Below are positions 35,315-45,562 of a DNA stretch of 64,000 nt, in pieces. Source of the stretch: a virus; IMG/VR virus record IMGVR_UViG_3300023202_000142, positions 121,325 through 185,324 of that record. One strand, written 5' to 3'. A program made the translations under genes and the position numbers. Every line of letters starts with the position of its first letter. Position 1 is the stretch's first letter. The notes beneath the pieces were generated by a model that was given only the letters and a program-made list of their open reading frames with translations, had not been told where the DNA came from and ran no database searches.

Positions 35315-37347
35315 TGGCGGAACTGTTCATCATGCGTGGCTGGCACCCGCAGAGCGGCAGTTTCGCGCACTGGGTGACGGAGGGGATCTATGACACCGCC
35401 GGCCTGTTTTATACAGGACCTCCGAGGTTCTCGGAGCTGGTCGACATCACGTTGGCCGACGTTATACCGATCGAAGAGGAATCGATCCTGTTCGCCTTCC
35501 GGGACACCCAGGACCGAGACGAGGACACGACTAACCACGAGGCGTTCACCCAGGCATCGGAACTAGACCGTCCTGATGCTGTTGAGGCCAATGGTCCTGT
35601 AGCTGTCCAGGACACGCTGGAGCCCACACAGGACACTACAGCCGATGCTGGGTATGTCGTGGACTCAAGGGACCGCGTTGACCCCGTGGTCACCATCATC
35701 TCCTCGACGGGGTGGCCTCTCTGGGACCTTCACGAACTGATGTATGATTCCGCACCGTATGCGGGTCGGATCGACCAGCGTCTTCTGGCCCCTTCAGTTG
35801 GCGGAACACCAGGGGTTAGCGACACCGACGACGTCCGCGAAGTCCTCAACGACACGAATGCGGGCAACTCGCTTCAACAGTCGTTAGCCGACCCGCCGAC
35901 CTTTGATCTTGCGAATCGCGGACTGATTTTCGACTCCGGCGCCACGAATCGGTGGCTGGAAATCCCGACACCGGACGTTTTCCTGGCCCCCACCGAGACG
36001 GCCCGGTTCTCGATCGCGTTCGGGTTCAATGGCGTCGGGCTATCGCAGGCGGTGTTCATTGACACCGGCGAGAACGATGGTCGCAGCTTTGTGTTGCGGT
36101 ACAACGGCTTTGCCAGCGACGTGATCTTCACAGCATATGACAGTTCGATGAGCCCGCTCTACAGCCTCTCCGCGTTCGTGGCGTCGGTGACCGGTGAACA
36201 TGTGATCGTCGTGACGTCCGACGGTGAAGTGGCCGAACTGTACTACGACAACATGGAGACCCCGATCGCCACCACCGGCACTGCCGGAGTTCCGCTTTCG
36301 ACCGAAGCTGGAGGTCATCATGGGCTTGTCACTGTCGGTCGATATGAGGACGGCAGTGGTGGTCGGTGGGATGGGTTTTTCCAGGGCATGATCCTGGACG
36401 AGTTCATCTGGCCACGAAACATGCGCGAGCGAGCCAAAGGCTATCTGCAGGAGTACGTGAAGGACCCCGAAGACCTGGGGCACCCGGACCTCGTGGACCT
36501 CCTGTACGTCAACGGAAATATTGGGTCTGGGTTTGTTACCCCCGCGAAAGCATCGACCACAGCGGAAGCCACTTCAGAGGCTCAGACGCGCTATGAGCCT
36601 GACACATTCGTCGCCGAATACGATGCCACTGATCTGTCCAGTCTCGCTCTGAACGACAACGGGACTGGCGGAGTTCCTTCTCTTGGTGGAACCGTAGGCC
36701 GTTGGCTCGACCAGGGTGGCGACTCTACGGCGGATGGCCGACAGGCGACAGCGGCAGATCGGCCGATTCGGTCGCTCATCCATGGCCGTCCTTCGGTCGA
36801 GTTCGTTTCGGATGACTGGCTTGACTGCCAGAACCTCGGATGGCTTTCCGGGGTCGATGCATCGGTTGTGATGTCGGTGGTTACGCTCACGACAGAAGAT
36901 GGCGACACCCAGACCGTCTACCAGGCCGAGACGGATGCAGGTAGCTCTTGGATACTTCTCGACAAGTATCTTCCCGGCGGTGTCCCTAACTGGAGGGCAG
37001 GTGGTCGCAGAGTCTCTGGTGATTCATTCGGCTCGGTGGCGAAGGCTCTTGTCGGAGAATCCGGTGAGGGTTATGCAGTCTCATTGATCGGGATCAATGA
37101 TTACGCTTCGCCCGCGCAGTCCTTTAGGGTCAATGGGGTTGAGTCAACGGCGTCCCCGACGTGGAGTGCCGGCACCGCAGAAGCTGTTAGTTCTGACGGG
37201 ATCACCATTGGAGCTGCTGGTGGTGTCGATGGATGGACTGGCCACATCGAGCGCCTCGTTGTGTTGGACTCGGTTCCAGATGATCAGGAGATCCGTCTGT
37301 TCGAGACGTCGAAAGAGGTCTTTCATTCCGATGAGCACGGGGTCTAG
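35314..37347 (+). CDS. virion adhesion protein with two LamG/concanavalin-A-like domains
   Basis: VTVGRY..WDGFFQGMIL; VGRWLDQGG..RQAT..RP..PSVEFVSDD; ITIGA..WTGHIERLVV. Confidence 0.75.
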   Translation: MAELFIMRGWHPQSGSFAHWVTEGIYDTAGLFYTGPPRFSELVDITLADVIPIEEESILFAFRDTQDRDEDTTNHEAFTQASELDRPDAVEANGPVAVQDTLEPTQDTTADAGYVVDSRDRVDPVVTIISSTGWPLWDLHELMYDSAPYAGRIDQRLLAPSVGGTPGVSDTDDVREVLNDTNAGNSLQQSLADPPTFDLANRGLIFDSGATNRWLEIPTPDVFLAPTETARFSIAFGFNGVGLSQAVFIDTGENDGRSFVLRYNGFASDVIFTAYDSSMSPLYSLSAFVASVTGEHVIVVTSDGEVAELYYDNMETPIATTGTAGVPLSTEAGGHHGLVTVGRYEDGSGGRWDGFFQGMILDEFIWPRNMRERAKGYLQEYVKDPEDLGHPDLVDLLYVNGNIGSGFVTPAKASTTAEATSEAQTRYEPDTFVAEYDATDLSSLALNDNGTGGVPSLGGTVGRWLDQGGDSTADGRQATAADRPIRSLIHGRPSVEFVSDDWLDCQNLGWLSGVDASVVMSVVTLTTEDGDTQTVYQAETDAGSSWILLDKYLPGGVPNWRAGGRRVSGDSFGSVAKALVGESGEGYAVSLIGINDYASPAQSFRVNGVESTASPTWSAGTAEAVSSDGITIGAAGGVDGWTGHIERLVVLDSVPDDQEIRLFETSKEVFHSDEHGV

Positions 37348-37350
37348 GCA

Positions 37351-38172
37351 ATGGGCGGCATCTCTCAGTACCTCGCGCAGGAGGCCCTTGACCACATCGT
37401 GGGCGGCGCGGTTTACACGGCTCCAGGCACTTTGTACCTGGCCCTCTTCAATGTTGGCCACGGAACTACCCCGCTAACTGAGGCGGACCTGACTGGGAAC
37501 GAGGTGACGGTAGCCGGCTACTCTCGTCAGACGATCACGTTCGCGACCGCAACCCTGCTGGAACCAGAAGGCGCGATCAGCAGGTCTGATTCTGCACCAA
37601 CGTTCACCGCTGACCCCGCGCTCTCCGAGTCTACGGACGCCTGGGGGCTATTCGATGCATCGAGTGGAGGCAATCTCCTGTTCTGGGGCGAGATCGGACA
37701 GGTCAATGCCATTGTGGATGACACCGGGTTCACGATTCCTTCAGGGGACCTGGGCTGCAGAATCTCGGGCACCGTCTCGAATTACGCTGCCGCTGCTTTC
37801 ATGGACCTGGTGCTCACCGGAACGGCATTTGCCTCACCGTCGACGTTTGTCGCGTTGTCGGATGTCGCAGCGTTCACTCTTCTCGAATCTGATGCTGTCG
37901 CGAACGAACTGTCGTCGCCGGGGTACGCTCGGGTCAGTGTCAGTTTCGCGGCAGCAGTTACCGATGGCGTGGGCGCCCGAAGCGATCAGAACGCTGATGC
38001 CGATTTCCCGATCGCGGAGGACCTGTGGCCCTCGGCCAACGCGTTTCTGGTTTTCGATGCTGTCAGTTCTGGTAACTTGTTGTGGTTCGGTCGAATGAGT
38101 CCGACATCACCGTTGGCCGGGCAGCAGCTCCGGCTGCCGTCTGGGTATTTGCGATTGAAGTTGGGTGCCTGA
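37351..38172 (+). CDS. conserved phage virion protein with tandem duplicated domain
   Basis: Two copies of S.Y..ALD..YT.P..YLAL..E+..GY.R..+.F.A..W..FDA.SGGNLL. Confidence 0.75.
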   Translation: MGGISQYLAQEALDHIVGGAVYTAPGTLYLALFNVGHGTTPLTEADLTGNEVTVAGYSRQTITFATATLLEPEGAISRSDSAPTFTADPALSESTDAWGLFDASSGGNLLFWGEIGQVNAIVDDTGFTIPSGDLGCRISGTVSNYAAAAFMDLVLTGTAFASPSTFVALSDVAAFTLLESDAVANELSSPGYARVSVSFAAAVTDGVGARSDQNADADFPIAEDLWPSANAFLVFDAVSSGNLLWFGRMSPTSPLAGQQLRLPSGYLRLKLGA

Positions 38173-39329
38173 TGCCAAACCTTAGCATTGACGGCGGGTT
38201 CTACTCCTATCTCGTGACACATTTATCGCGTGATAACGGAGAGCCGGGCTACGAGCCCGATCTTCCGGCGATGGATGCTTACATGATCGACCAGCGTGAC
38301 CGCTGGAAGTATGTCCTGGAGAATCAAAACGCCGGTCAGGATTGGTCGGTCGGCCGAGTCTTCAGGTGGGAGGGGGCCACGGATTACTACGCTTACGGCT
38401 TCGTTGTCAGTCTTCTGGATGGTGCCGGGGCTGCCACGGACCACGAGTTTCTGGTGGTGTACGGCGGCCCGGACATCGGTACTGGCGCCCGTCGCGCCGC
38501 CCCGGAGGACGTCTTCAGTGATGACGTCAGTGACTATTTCAGGGTCTCTGGAGGTATTAATTCTGAGGGGTTCATTGGGTATCACTACAACTACGCGGCG
38601 CTTTCTGACACCTACGACGTAGGCGCAGGCGCTGATGTCGATCCTCCCAGCACGAACCCTCACACGGACCCGGCAGGGTTTTTCCCAGACCCCGTAGCCC
38701 AGGAGGTTCCGTTCCTCCAGGGGACCATTCGGTCAGACTACAACAGGGTCACGTCCGGCAGCCCTTTGGATTGGCGTCACTGCTGGGTGGTCAACGGTGA
38801 CGAGCCCTTCATCGCATTCTACTCGAACTATCGTCTCTCGGCGCAGGTCAGGATTGGCGCCGTGCTGGGCGATATCCTGGTGGCCGAAGACCCCGGTGAT
38901 CTTCGAACCCAGGCGGGGATGCACTACACGACTCGAATGGGGCGGGAGTGGGATGGCGGTGATCAGTCACTTGGAGCATGGGCCATCAGCCAGAGGTTCG
39001 GTGACTCCAGGGCCTTCAATACGTTCATCCGGCACAACGATTTCAATGTCATCAATCAGCCCCGGGTCGATGGAACCTATGACCGGGATCGGGTTAAGAT
39101 TGCGAACACGAATGAGCACAAGGGCTACTTCAAGGAAGACATCATCGCGATTACGGGAACAGCGGCAGACTGGCCAGAGCCGGGCGGTGATCACAATGCG
39201 ACCTTCGAATGTGCTCACGGCTTACTTGTAAAGGTGATGCCAGAGATCGCTACCCCTTGGGTGGAGGGCCAGTCTCCCCCATTCAATGGCTGGCCGAAAT
39301 ATCCGCAGGACTTCAACAGGACGCAGTGA
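38172..39329 (+). CDS. paralogous virion protein family member 1 (no insert)
   Basis: LE.QNAGQDW.V.R.F.W, NQPR.DGTYD, KGY, PWVEG..PF.GWP. Confidence 0.7.
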   Translation: MPNLSIDGGFYSYLVTHLSRDNGEPGYEPDLPAMDAYMIDQRDRWKYVLENQNAGQDWSVGRVFRWEGATDYYAYGFVVSLLDGAGAATDHEFLVVYGGPDIGTGARRAAPEDVFSDDVSDYFRVSGGINSEGFIGYHYNYAALSDTYDVGAGADVDPPSTNPHTDPAGFFPDPVAQEVPFLQGTIRSDYNRVTSGSPLDWRHCWVVNGDEPFIAFYSNYRLSAQVRIGAVLGDILVAEDPGDLRTQAGMHYTTRMGREWDGGDQSLGAWAISQRFGDSRAFNTFIRHNDFNVINQPRVDGTYDRDRVKIANTNEHKGYFKEDIIAITGTAADWPEPGGDHNATFECAHGLLVKVMPEIATPWVEGQSPPFNGWPKYPQDFNRTQ

Positions 39330-40840
39330 TGCCCACCGAGTACGTTGATTTGGGGTATTACACCTCGCGCTACATGCAGACGTGGGGCAAAGGATTCCTG
39401 TACCGCCGGACGGAGGACGACTACTTCATCGACCTCTACGATCGCATCAGGGTTCCACTTGAAGCCGAGAACAGCGGTCAAAACTGGGAGGTCAGTCGCT
39501 TGTTCAGGTGGATCGATGGCGGCGACAGGGCGTTTGGATTCGTTATCAAGCATCTCGACGCAGGTTCGCCGACAGGTCGTGAATGGTTTCTCTGGTGGGT
39601 CGGGCTCGACGGGACTGATAGCTGGGCAGACGGCTACCTTCTCTGGTTTGACCAGAGCACGCTGGGCACCTACTTTCGGGAACACAATCGTGTGGATGAT
39701 GCCACCCCGTTGGCTCGTGGGGGCCTTGGCATCCATTATCATGTAGGTGGTGTAGATGTTGCCGCCATCAACTCAATTGTGTTTTTCGGCAATGCGGTAG
39801 ACGGTGAGACCCTGACGATCGATGGGAAGACCTACACGCTCCAGGACAGCCTCACGGATGTCGATGGTAACGTGCAGATCGGAGCCCTCCCGGCGGACAC
39901 CGTTGACAATATCAGGGCAGCCATCAACCTCGACCCGGGCGCCGGCACGGCCTATGCGGCTTCGATGACGGTGCATCCAACCGTTAGCGCTACCGATGTA
40001 GATCTTCCGCCCACACTGGAGGTGGAAGCTAAGACTACCGGAATCGGAGGCAGCTCCATTGCGGTGTCTGAAACTTTGACGGCGGCCCGCTGGACGAAAG
40101 AGGATAGTCTGTATGGCGGCCGCTCCGCGACGACCTACGATGTCGGGGCGGGAAGCAATCTCGATCCACCGAATTCAGAGCCTCACATTAGCGCGACGGA
40201 TGCCGCGAATTTTATGCCGGACCCGGCCCTGACCCCACAGGCTCGCGGCGCTGTTCTCGCGATGGATGGTTTCCCCTCACAGGAAACGAACCGGATGGTG
40301 ATGGTCTACAACCATGAGGTGCCCTTCGTCGGGGCGTATCTTGCGGACCAGGACTCAACAGTTCCGAACAGTGTTGTCATTTCGGGCGACATCGCGATGC
40401 CTCGGGTCTCGTGGGACGTTTACCGAGAGGTCACAATCAGCCTCCGGGTTACTGCCCCTGATGATCTCGACACCACCTTCGACGGAAGGCCGGACGACTA
40501 CTACGGCATTCACACGTTAGATCCAGATGGCAACCAGGCTCTTCTGCAACTGGTCCCCGAATCCAATTCGACACAGGAAGACCAGCCCAGGACGGATGGG
40601 GATTTTGACCGTCGATCTCTCGTTCTGGTTGGGTCTGCGCTCGATAAGGGGTATGCAGACCCAGAGGTTGTAGCAATGCAGGGGGTCAGGGACTGGCAGC
40701 GTCAGGTAACCTTCCCTTCTGCGCATGGGCGTGCGCTGAAGTTTCATCGCAGCCTTGTTATCCCTTGGGTGGATGGGGCGCCAGCCCCGTTCTACGGTTG
40801 GCCTCTGAATCGGCAGGAAATTCCGAACAGGACTGGGTAA
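39329..40840 (+). CDS. paralogous virion protein family member 2 (with insert)
   Basis: VDLGY, LEAENSGQNW, PTGREW, QPRTDG.FD, PWVDG.P.PFYGWP. Confidence 0.7.
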   Translation: MPTEYVDLGYYTSRYMQTWGKGFLYRRTEDDYFIDLYDRIRVPLEAENSGQNWEVSRLFRWIDGGDRAFGFVIKHLDAGSPTGREWFLWWVGLDGTDSWADGYLLWFDQSTLGTYFREHNRVDDATPLARGGLGIHYHVGGVDVAAINSIVFFGNAVDGETLTIDGKTYTLQDSLTDVDGNVQIGALPADTVDNIRAAINLDPGAGTAYAASMTVHPTVSATDVDLPPTLEVEAKTTGIGGSSIAVSETLTAARWTKEDSLYGGRSATTYDVGAGSNLDPPNSEPHISATDAANFMPDPALTPQARGAVLAMDGFPSQETNRMVMVYNHEVPFVGAYLADQDSTVPNSVVISGDIAMPRVSWDVYREVTISLRVTAPDDLDTTFDGRPDDYYGIHTLDPDGNQALLQLVPESNSTQEDQPRTDGDFDRRSLVLVGSALDKGYADPEVVAMQGVRDWQRQVTFPSAHGRALKFHRSLVIPWVDGAPAPFYGWPLNRQEIPNRTG

Positions 40841-42048
40841 TGGCAAACGTAGTGATCGACATGGGGTTCATGTCCAACGACCAACGCTTCATCATTCAGG
40901 CGTCGGATGGCGACTATTTCGCGACGCAGGCCGGTGGCTCAAACGATCCATGGCCAACTGACTATGATGGGATTGCTCAGATCCACCCTTTCATTACGTG
41001 GATCAGGGACCGCATCAAGACGGTAATGGAAGCAGAGAACGGCGGGAACAACTGGCGTGTTAGCCGAATCGCGGAATGGGAAGGGAGAGTGCAATCGGGT
41101 CGTGGGCACTACGGGTACGCCTTCAAGATTGAACAACTGGATGAGGGGAGTCCGACCGGTCGAGAGTGGTGTATGTTTTTCAGCGGCCTGCAGGAGGATT
41201 CCACGTCAGCAGCTCCGGTGAACATCGAAGAGGCGGTTGGGGATATCGCTGGATATGACTCCTACTTCGTGCCCTGGTTCCACAGCAGCAATGGCTTTGT
41301 TGCCATGCAGTACAACACGGGCGGACTGTCGACGAGCTGGGATTTCGATGCGTCATTGGTGGACACCTTCAACGTTGCCAATGACTTCAACGCCCCCAAC
41401 ACCAACCCATACTCTCAGGACACTTCTTTCTTCCCCGACGACGGGATTCACCCCCAGGTCAGAGGGCATGTTTCCGGTGAGTGGAATCAGAATAGGAGCC
41501 AGGACCGCTGGGTGTTCATCTTCAACCACGACATCCCCTTTTGCGGATTCTATCGGGCGAAGCATCGTTCGAACTTCGTTCGTGAGGTCGTGATTATGGG
41601 GGATATCGTTGTCCCTCGTGTCAGCACTGACGATCGCCCGGACGGCTGGTTCTTCTACAGTATTGAGATGAGGGAGGGGGATATCACCGAGGACGGTGAG
41701 CGGCTCTATGCGATCAACCCGGACACGGACACGGAAAACTCCTTCCAGCCTGGCATCCTTCACACCGCTTACACGACAGCCAATCAGCCTCGCGGGGACG
41801 GCACGTACGATAAAGACGTCGTGAAGGTGGTGAACTCGAACATCGACAAGGGGTATCTCAACCCCGACCTGGTCGCGATCCAGGGGCCAACGACCTGGAT
41901 GAGGGACATGCTTTTCGACTCGCCAGAAGGCGCCTGCGTGAAGGTGACCGACGAGCTTGTCTTTCCCTGGACTACGACTGACCCTGTTTTCCCGGCGGGG
42001 TACCCGTCGGCTTGGTTTGCTCCTCGGATTCAGGATTCGGTGCCATGA
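40840..42048 (+). CDS. paralogous virion protein family member 3 (no insert)
   Basis: IDMGF, MEAENGGNNW, PTGREW, NQPRGDGTYD, KGY. Confidence 0.7.
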   Translation: MANVVIDMGFMSNDQRFIIQASDGDYFATQAGGSNDPWPTDYDGIAQIHPFITWIRDRIKTVMEAENGGNNWRVSRIAEWEGRVQSGRGHYGYAFKIEQLDEGSPTGREWCMFFSGLQEDSTSAAPVNIEEAVGDIAGYDSYFVPWFHSSNGFVAMQYNTGGLSTSWDFDASLVDTFNVANDFNAPNTNPYSQDTSFFPDDGIHPQVRGHVSGEWNQNRSQDRWVFIFNHDIPFCGFYRAKHRSNFVREVVIMGDIVVPRVSTDDRPDGWFFYSIEMREGDITEDGERLYAINPDTDTENSFQPGILHTAYTTANQPRGDGTYDKDVVKVVNSNIDKGYLNPDLVAIQGPTTWMRDMLFDSPEGACVKVTDELVFPWTTTDPVFPAGYPSAWFAPRIQDSVP

Positions 42049-42449
42049 CGTATTTCACCCACTGCGTCCATTGCGGCGCGTCACGCCAGCGTGCCCGCCT
42101 TAGCGTTCACGATGTCGATCTCAGGGGTATCGAAGGGGTAACCCTTGGAGAAGAGGGCTTCGATCTCTCGGTGCAGCACATCAAGGGCTACACGGTCGAA
42201 TCGGTTCAGGTCTGGTGTGAGAGCTGTGAAGCTTCACACCCCATTGAAGACTATGAGGTCGGGTTCCCCTGGACACTGGCGGTGGATGACCAGGTCGAGT
42301 GGACTGATCCCGGCACCGGGACACCAGATGTCGTAACGATCGTGGTTATCGGGTATACCAATGCCGGTGGGCCGGCCGGGGTTGTCCATATCCAGACGGA
42401 GGATGGCCGCCTAATCGATGCTGCCCCTGAAGAGTTGAGCGAGGTCTGA
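42045..42449 (+). CDS. small Zn-finger (2 x CxxC) protein interrupting the paralog array
   Basis: HCVHCG and WCESCE; ATGA coupling. Confidence 0.6.
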   Translation: MTYFTHCVHCGASRQRARLSVHDVDLRGIEGVTLGEEGFDLSVQHIKGYTVESVQVWCESCEASHPIEDYEVGFPWTLAVDDQVEWTDPGTGTPDVVTIVVIGYTNAGGPAGVVHIQTEDGRLIDAAPEELSEV

Positions 42450-42450
42450 G

Positions 42451-44094
42451 ATGCCAAACGATTTTGTGGATTTGGGGTACCTGTCCCGAGATCTCTGGAG
42501 TCCAGACGCTGGGTCTGCGTCATACGTAGGCATCTCAGTCACGAATGGGCAGGCCCACATCGAGGACCAGTACAACCGTATCAAATCAGCACTTGAGGCG
42601 GAGAACAGCGGGCAGAACTGGGAGGTTGGCCGCCTCTTCTATATGTTCGAGGATGGTGAGAGATTTCTTGGGTGGGTCATCAAACATCTCAACGCAGGCT
42701 CGCCGACGGGTCGTGAATGGCTGATGCTGTTCCCCGGCAACGACACCAGCTTGAATCTGAGCAACATCACTTCCTTTATGAGCTGGACCGCCGGTGCCTC
42801 GGACACGGTACACCCGGCCAACTGGTATGTGCCCAACATTGTCGAATTCGCAGTAGACCAACAGGTGGATGACGGCGGGTACACTAATGGTACGGTTGTG
42901 ATGCACTATCACAGCGGTGGGCTGGAAGCTGCCTCGGCACGCGCTGTGTATGAGCTTGTCGGGCAGCCTGCGGATGGCGAGACGGTCGAGATCGACGGGA
43001 AGACCTACACCTTCGAAGCGGCACTCACGGATGTCGATGGCAACGTGCAGATCGGAGGAGACGCTGAAGAGAGCCGGGACAACCTCCTGGCGGCGATCAA
43101 CCTGGATGCTGAGACCCGGGTTGGTGCTGATGGCCCTGGCTCGGCCTATGCGGCTTCGATGACCCTGCACCCGACCGTGGAGGCCGAAGCCTATTACTAC
43201 AGGACCAGCGGATCTACTTTTCAGCTCCGGCAGTACGGAGAGGACGACTACCTTTTCGTGCGAGCGAAGACCGGAGGGGTGGCTGGGAATTCGATCAGCA
43301 TCTCAACGACGGTTGATAATGGGTCATGGGGAGGCAAGACCACTCTCGAAGCTGGTGCTGCCACAAACTCCTATGGGGTTGGCTCCGGGGCAGATTTCGA
43401 TCCGCCAGAGTTTATTCCTCGTGAGTACGACGTCACGCTGTTTTTCCCCGATTTTGGTGCCAAGCCTTATCCGCGCGGGGGAGGGTGGCAGCTCCCGTCA
43501 TCGGGTCGAGGTGCGAACAAGATGCTCTGCATTTGGAACCACGAGGTTCCCTTCGTGGGTCTCTACGCGGGCATCAGGATGGCATCAGGTATCAGTCGGA
43601 TCGTTCTGGCGGGGGATATCATCGAGCCCCGTGTTTCTGCTGATCCCTACCCAGAGGGCTTCTTTTCGTGGTGGGCAGACACTGTCGGTTGGAACTCCGG
43701 TCAGACGCTTGTGGATCCCGGGATCGACCAGGAGGCCAAGTTCGTCCATCACCTCACCGAAAACGGTTTCCAGGATCACACCGAGAACGCGAGCACCGGG
43801 GGGTTCAACATGGCTCTTCATAACGAGTTTGATTCACGGAATCAGCCGAGAGCGGACGGCACGTGGGACCTGGACCCCATTAAGCTCTATGGGGCCTACG
43901 AGGTGAAGGGGTATTTGAGGAAGGATGTTGTGGGGCAGCAAGGGCTTTATCAGGGGCCACAGCACATGCTTTTCGATGCCAGGTACGGCAAGGCGATTCA
44001 GATTGACTATCGCACCGTTGTCCCCTGGGTGGATGATGCTCCGGTTCCGTTCTACGGGTGGCCTCTCGACCCTCAACCGTTCTACAGCGACTAG
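42451..44094 (+). CDS. paralogous virion protein family member 4 (with insert)
   Basis: VDLGY, LEAENSGQNW, PTGREW, NQPRADGTWD, PWVDD.P.PFYGWP. Confidence 0.7.
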   Translation: MPNDFVDLGYLSRDLWSPDAGSASYVGISVTNGQAHIEDQYNRIKSALEAENSGQNWEVGRLFYMFEDGERFLGWVIKHLNAGSPTGREWLMLFPGNDTSLNLSNITSFMSWTAGASDTVHPANWYVPNIVEFAVDQQVDDGGYTNGTVVMHYHSGGLEAASARAVYELVGQPADGETVEIDGKTYTFEAALTDVDGNVQIGGDAEESRDNLLAAINLDAETRVGADGPGSAYAASMTLHPTVEAEAYYYRTSGSTFQLRQYGEDDYLFVRAKTGGVAGNSISISTTVDNGSWGGKTTLEAGAATNSYGVGSGADFDPPEFIPREYDVTLFFPDFGAKPYPRGGGWQLPSSGRGANKMLCIWNHEVPFVGLYAGIRMASGISRIVLAGDIIEPRVSADPYPEGFFSWWADTVGWNSGQTLVDPGIDQEAKFVHHLTENGFQDHTENASTGGFNMALHNEFDSRNQPRADGTWDLDPIKLYGAYEVKGYLRKDVVGQQGLYQGPQHMLFDARYGKAIQIDYRTVVPWVDDAPVPFYGWPLDPQPFYSD

Positions 44095-44106
44095 GGCAGG
44101 TGACCG

Positions 44107-45111
44107 ATGGCTCTCATAGGATTCTCGCACACCGGAACGCCTGGAGACGCTTCCGACGGGGAGGGTGTTCACATCCGGCAGACGCTGGACAACAACCTTT
44201 CTGCCGATTGGACGGTACACCCGTTGATCACCTTCGGTTCGGGTGGGGAGACGGGTGACCAGCGTGATTACTTCGTCCTGGAGCATGCCAACGGTCCACA
44301 GATTCTGGTCTATGTGGCTGTGGGTGATGGTGAGGGGGGCAGTCAGGGTCTCGATAGTTCATGGGTCAACAGCTCGTTCAGCACCGGCACTGACCAGACC
44401 GTCTGGGTCGCCCTAGACAAGAACGGCGGTGGCGTGGGGACTGACAGCTTCTATGACAACCTGAACAACAACGGCCTTGATCCCGCCGATTCGAACTTCT
44501 GGAATCAGGTCGAGAAAACGCAGGCTGTTAGATGCGTTGAGTGGTTTGAGGGCTCCGGTCTTTCAACTCTCTACTTCATTGAGGATGATGCGGCTTGCAC
44601 GCTCATCATCTACAGCAACAGTTCGGACGCATCCCGCTCGAACTCAATCAGTGTCGTGCTGATTTCGGAAGAATATGTCGATGACTCCGACAGACCGGAG
44701 GCGGACAAATTACCCACGACCCACGGAGTGCTGGCGGTCCAGGCTGACGATGATGGTGGTGGGAACGATGTCGAGGAGTGGGAGTCCTACATTTTCACAG
44801 GTGTTGGCGACTACAGCTTGAACGGTGGCCTGAACAACATCGACACCTCGTTTTGGCTCCTGGGGTCGAACTCAGCATCAACGGAGCCAGATCTCGACGG
44901 CCGCTACGCGACGCAGACAATTCCGGTGTATGGGTTTGACGACGGGAACAGCAATCCACAGCTCATTCGCGGCGTCATCAACCCAGTGTTGGCACGATTC
45001 ACCCCTCCCGCTGGAGTTCCGCTCGGCATCCGGCGCGATGGCGGAGAGCTGATGCCAGGCCCAGCGCAGATGGCGTTCGGCTGGAGCAATGGTCTCGGCG
45101 ACATTCTCTAG
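44107..45111 (+). CDS. acidic virion-type protein, possibly a distant member of the array
   Basis: 334 aa, Asp/Gly/Ser-rich; W.VHPLITF, PDLDGRY. Confidence 0.5.
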   Translation: MALIGFSHTGTPGDASDGEGVHIRQTLDNNLSADWTVHPLITFGSGGETGDQRDYFVLEHANGPQILVYVAVGDGEGGSQGLDSSWVNSSFSTGTDQTVWVALDKNGGGVGTDSFYDNLNNNGLDPADSNFWNQVEKTQAVRCVEWFEGSGLSTLYFIEDDAACTLIIYSNSSDASRSNSISVVLISEEYVDDSDRPEADKLPTTHGVLAVQADDDGGGNDVEEWESYIFTGVGDYSLNGGLNNIDTSFWLLGSNSASTEPDLDGRYATQTIPVYGFDDGNSNPQLIRGVINPVLARFTPPAGVPLGIRRDGGELMPGPAQMAFGWSNGLGDIL

Positions 45112-45119
45112 GAGAGCGC

Positions 45120-45371
45120 ATGGCTCACTTCAGGTTCGCTGTAATCGAGTTTCTCAACCAACGGGACGTCCGCTTCGTATCTCGTCACGGCAGTGCTGAG
45201 CGCGCCAGATCCTCAGCCAGCAAGCACGATCTCAACCAGGAACTGAATGTGATCGAACTTCACACTGGCGAAATGCCGGGTGTTGGTGACAAGATGTCCA
45301 GAACTGAGGTCCGGGAAAGGTTCCGGTCCGTACCACTGGACACGCCACCGAAGGCGACGGAGAGCACATGA
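45120..45371 (+). CDS. hypothetical protein
   Basis: GGAG RBS, 83 aa. Confidence 0.5.
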   Translation: MAHFRFAVIEFLNQRDVRFVSRHGSAERARSSASKHDLNQELNVIELHTGEMPGVGDKMSRTEVRERFRSVPLDTPPKATEST

Positions 45372-45562
45372 ATGTGACGCAGCATGAGGTTGAAGAAATC
45401 GAGGCCGAGAACATCATCATGCACAAGAAAGTCAAGGACCTGGAGGGTGCTGTACGTCGTGCGCGCGACTACATAAACGACTCCGTTTCCGAGGACGGGT
45501 CGTTGTGCGAGGGCGATCGTCTCGAAGTGGTAGCCATCCTGAACGTCGCGCTGGGGGAGTAG
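45368..45562 (+). CDS. small coiled-coil hypothetical protein
   Basis: ATGA coupling, GGAG RBS. Confidence 0.5.
   Translation: MNVTQHEVEEIEAENIIMHKKVKDLEGAVRRARDYINDSVSEDGSLCEGDRLEVVAILNVALGE

Noticed and set aside
38172-45111. Diversity-generating retroelement acting on the paralog array
   Set aside because: No reverse transcriptase in the window; differences between the near-identical blocks are not adenine-specific (e.g. T/C)
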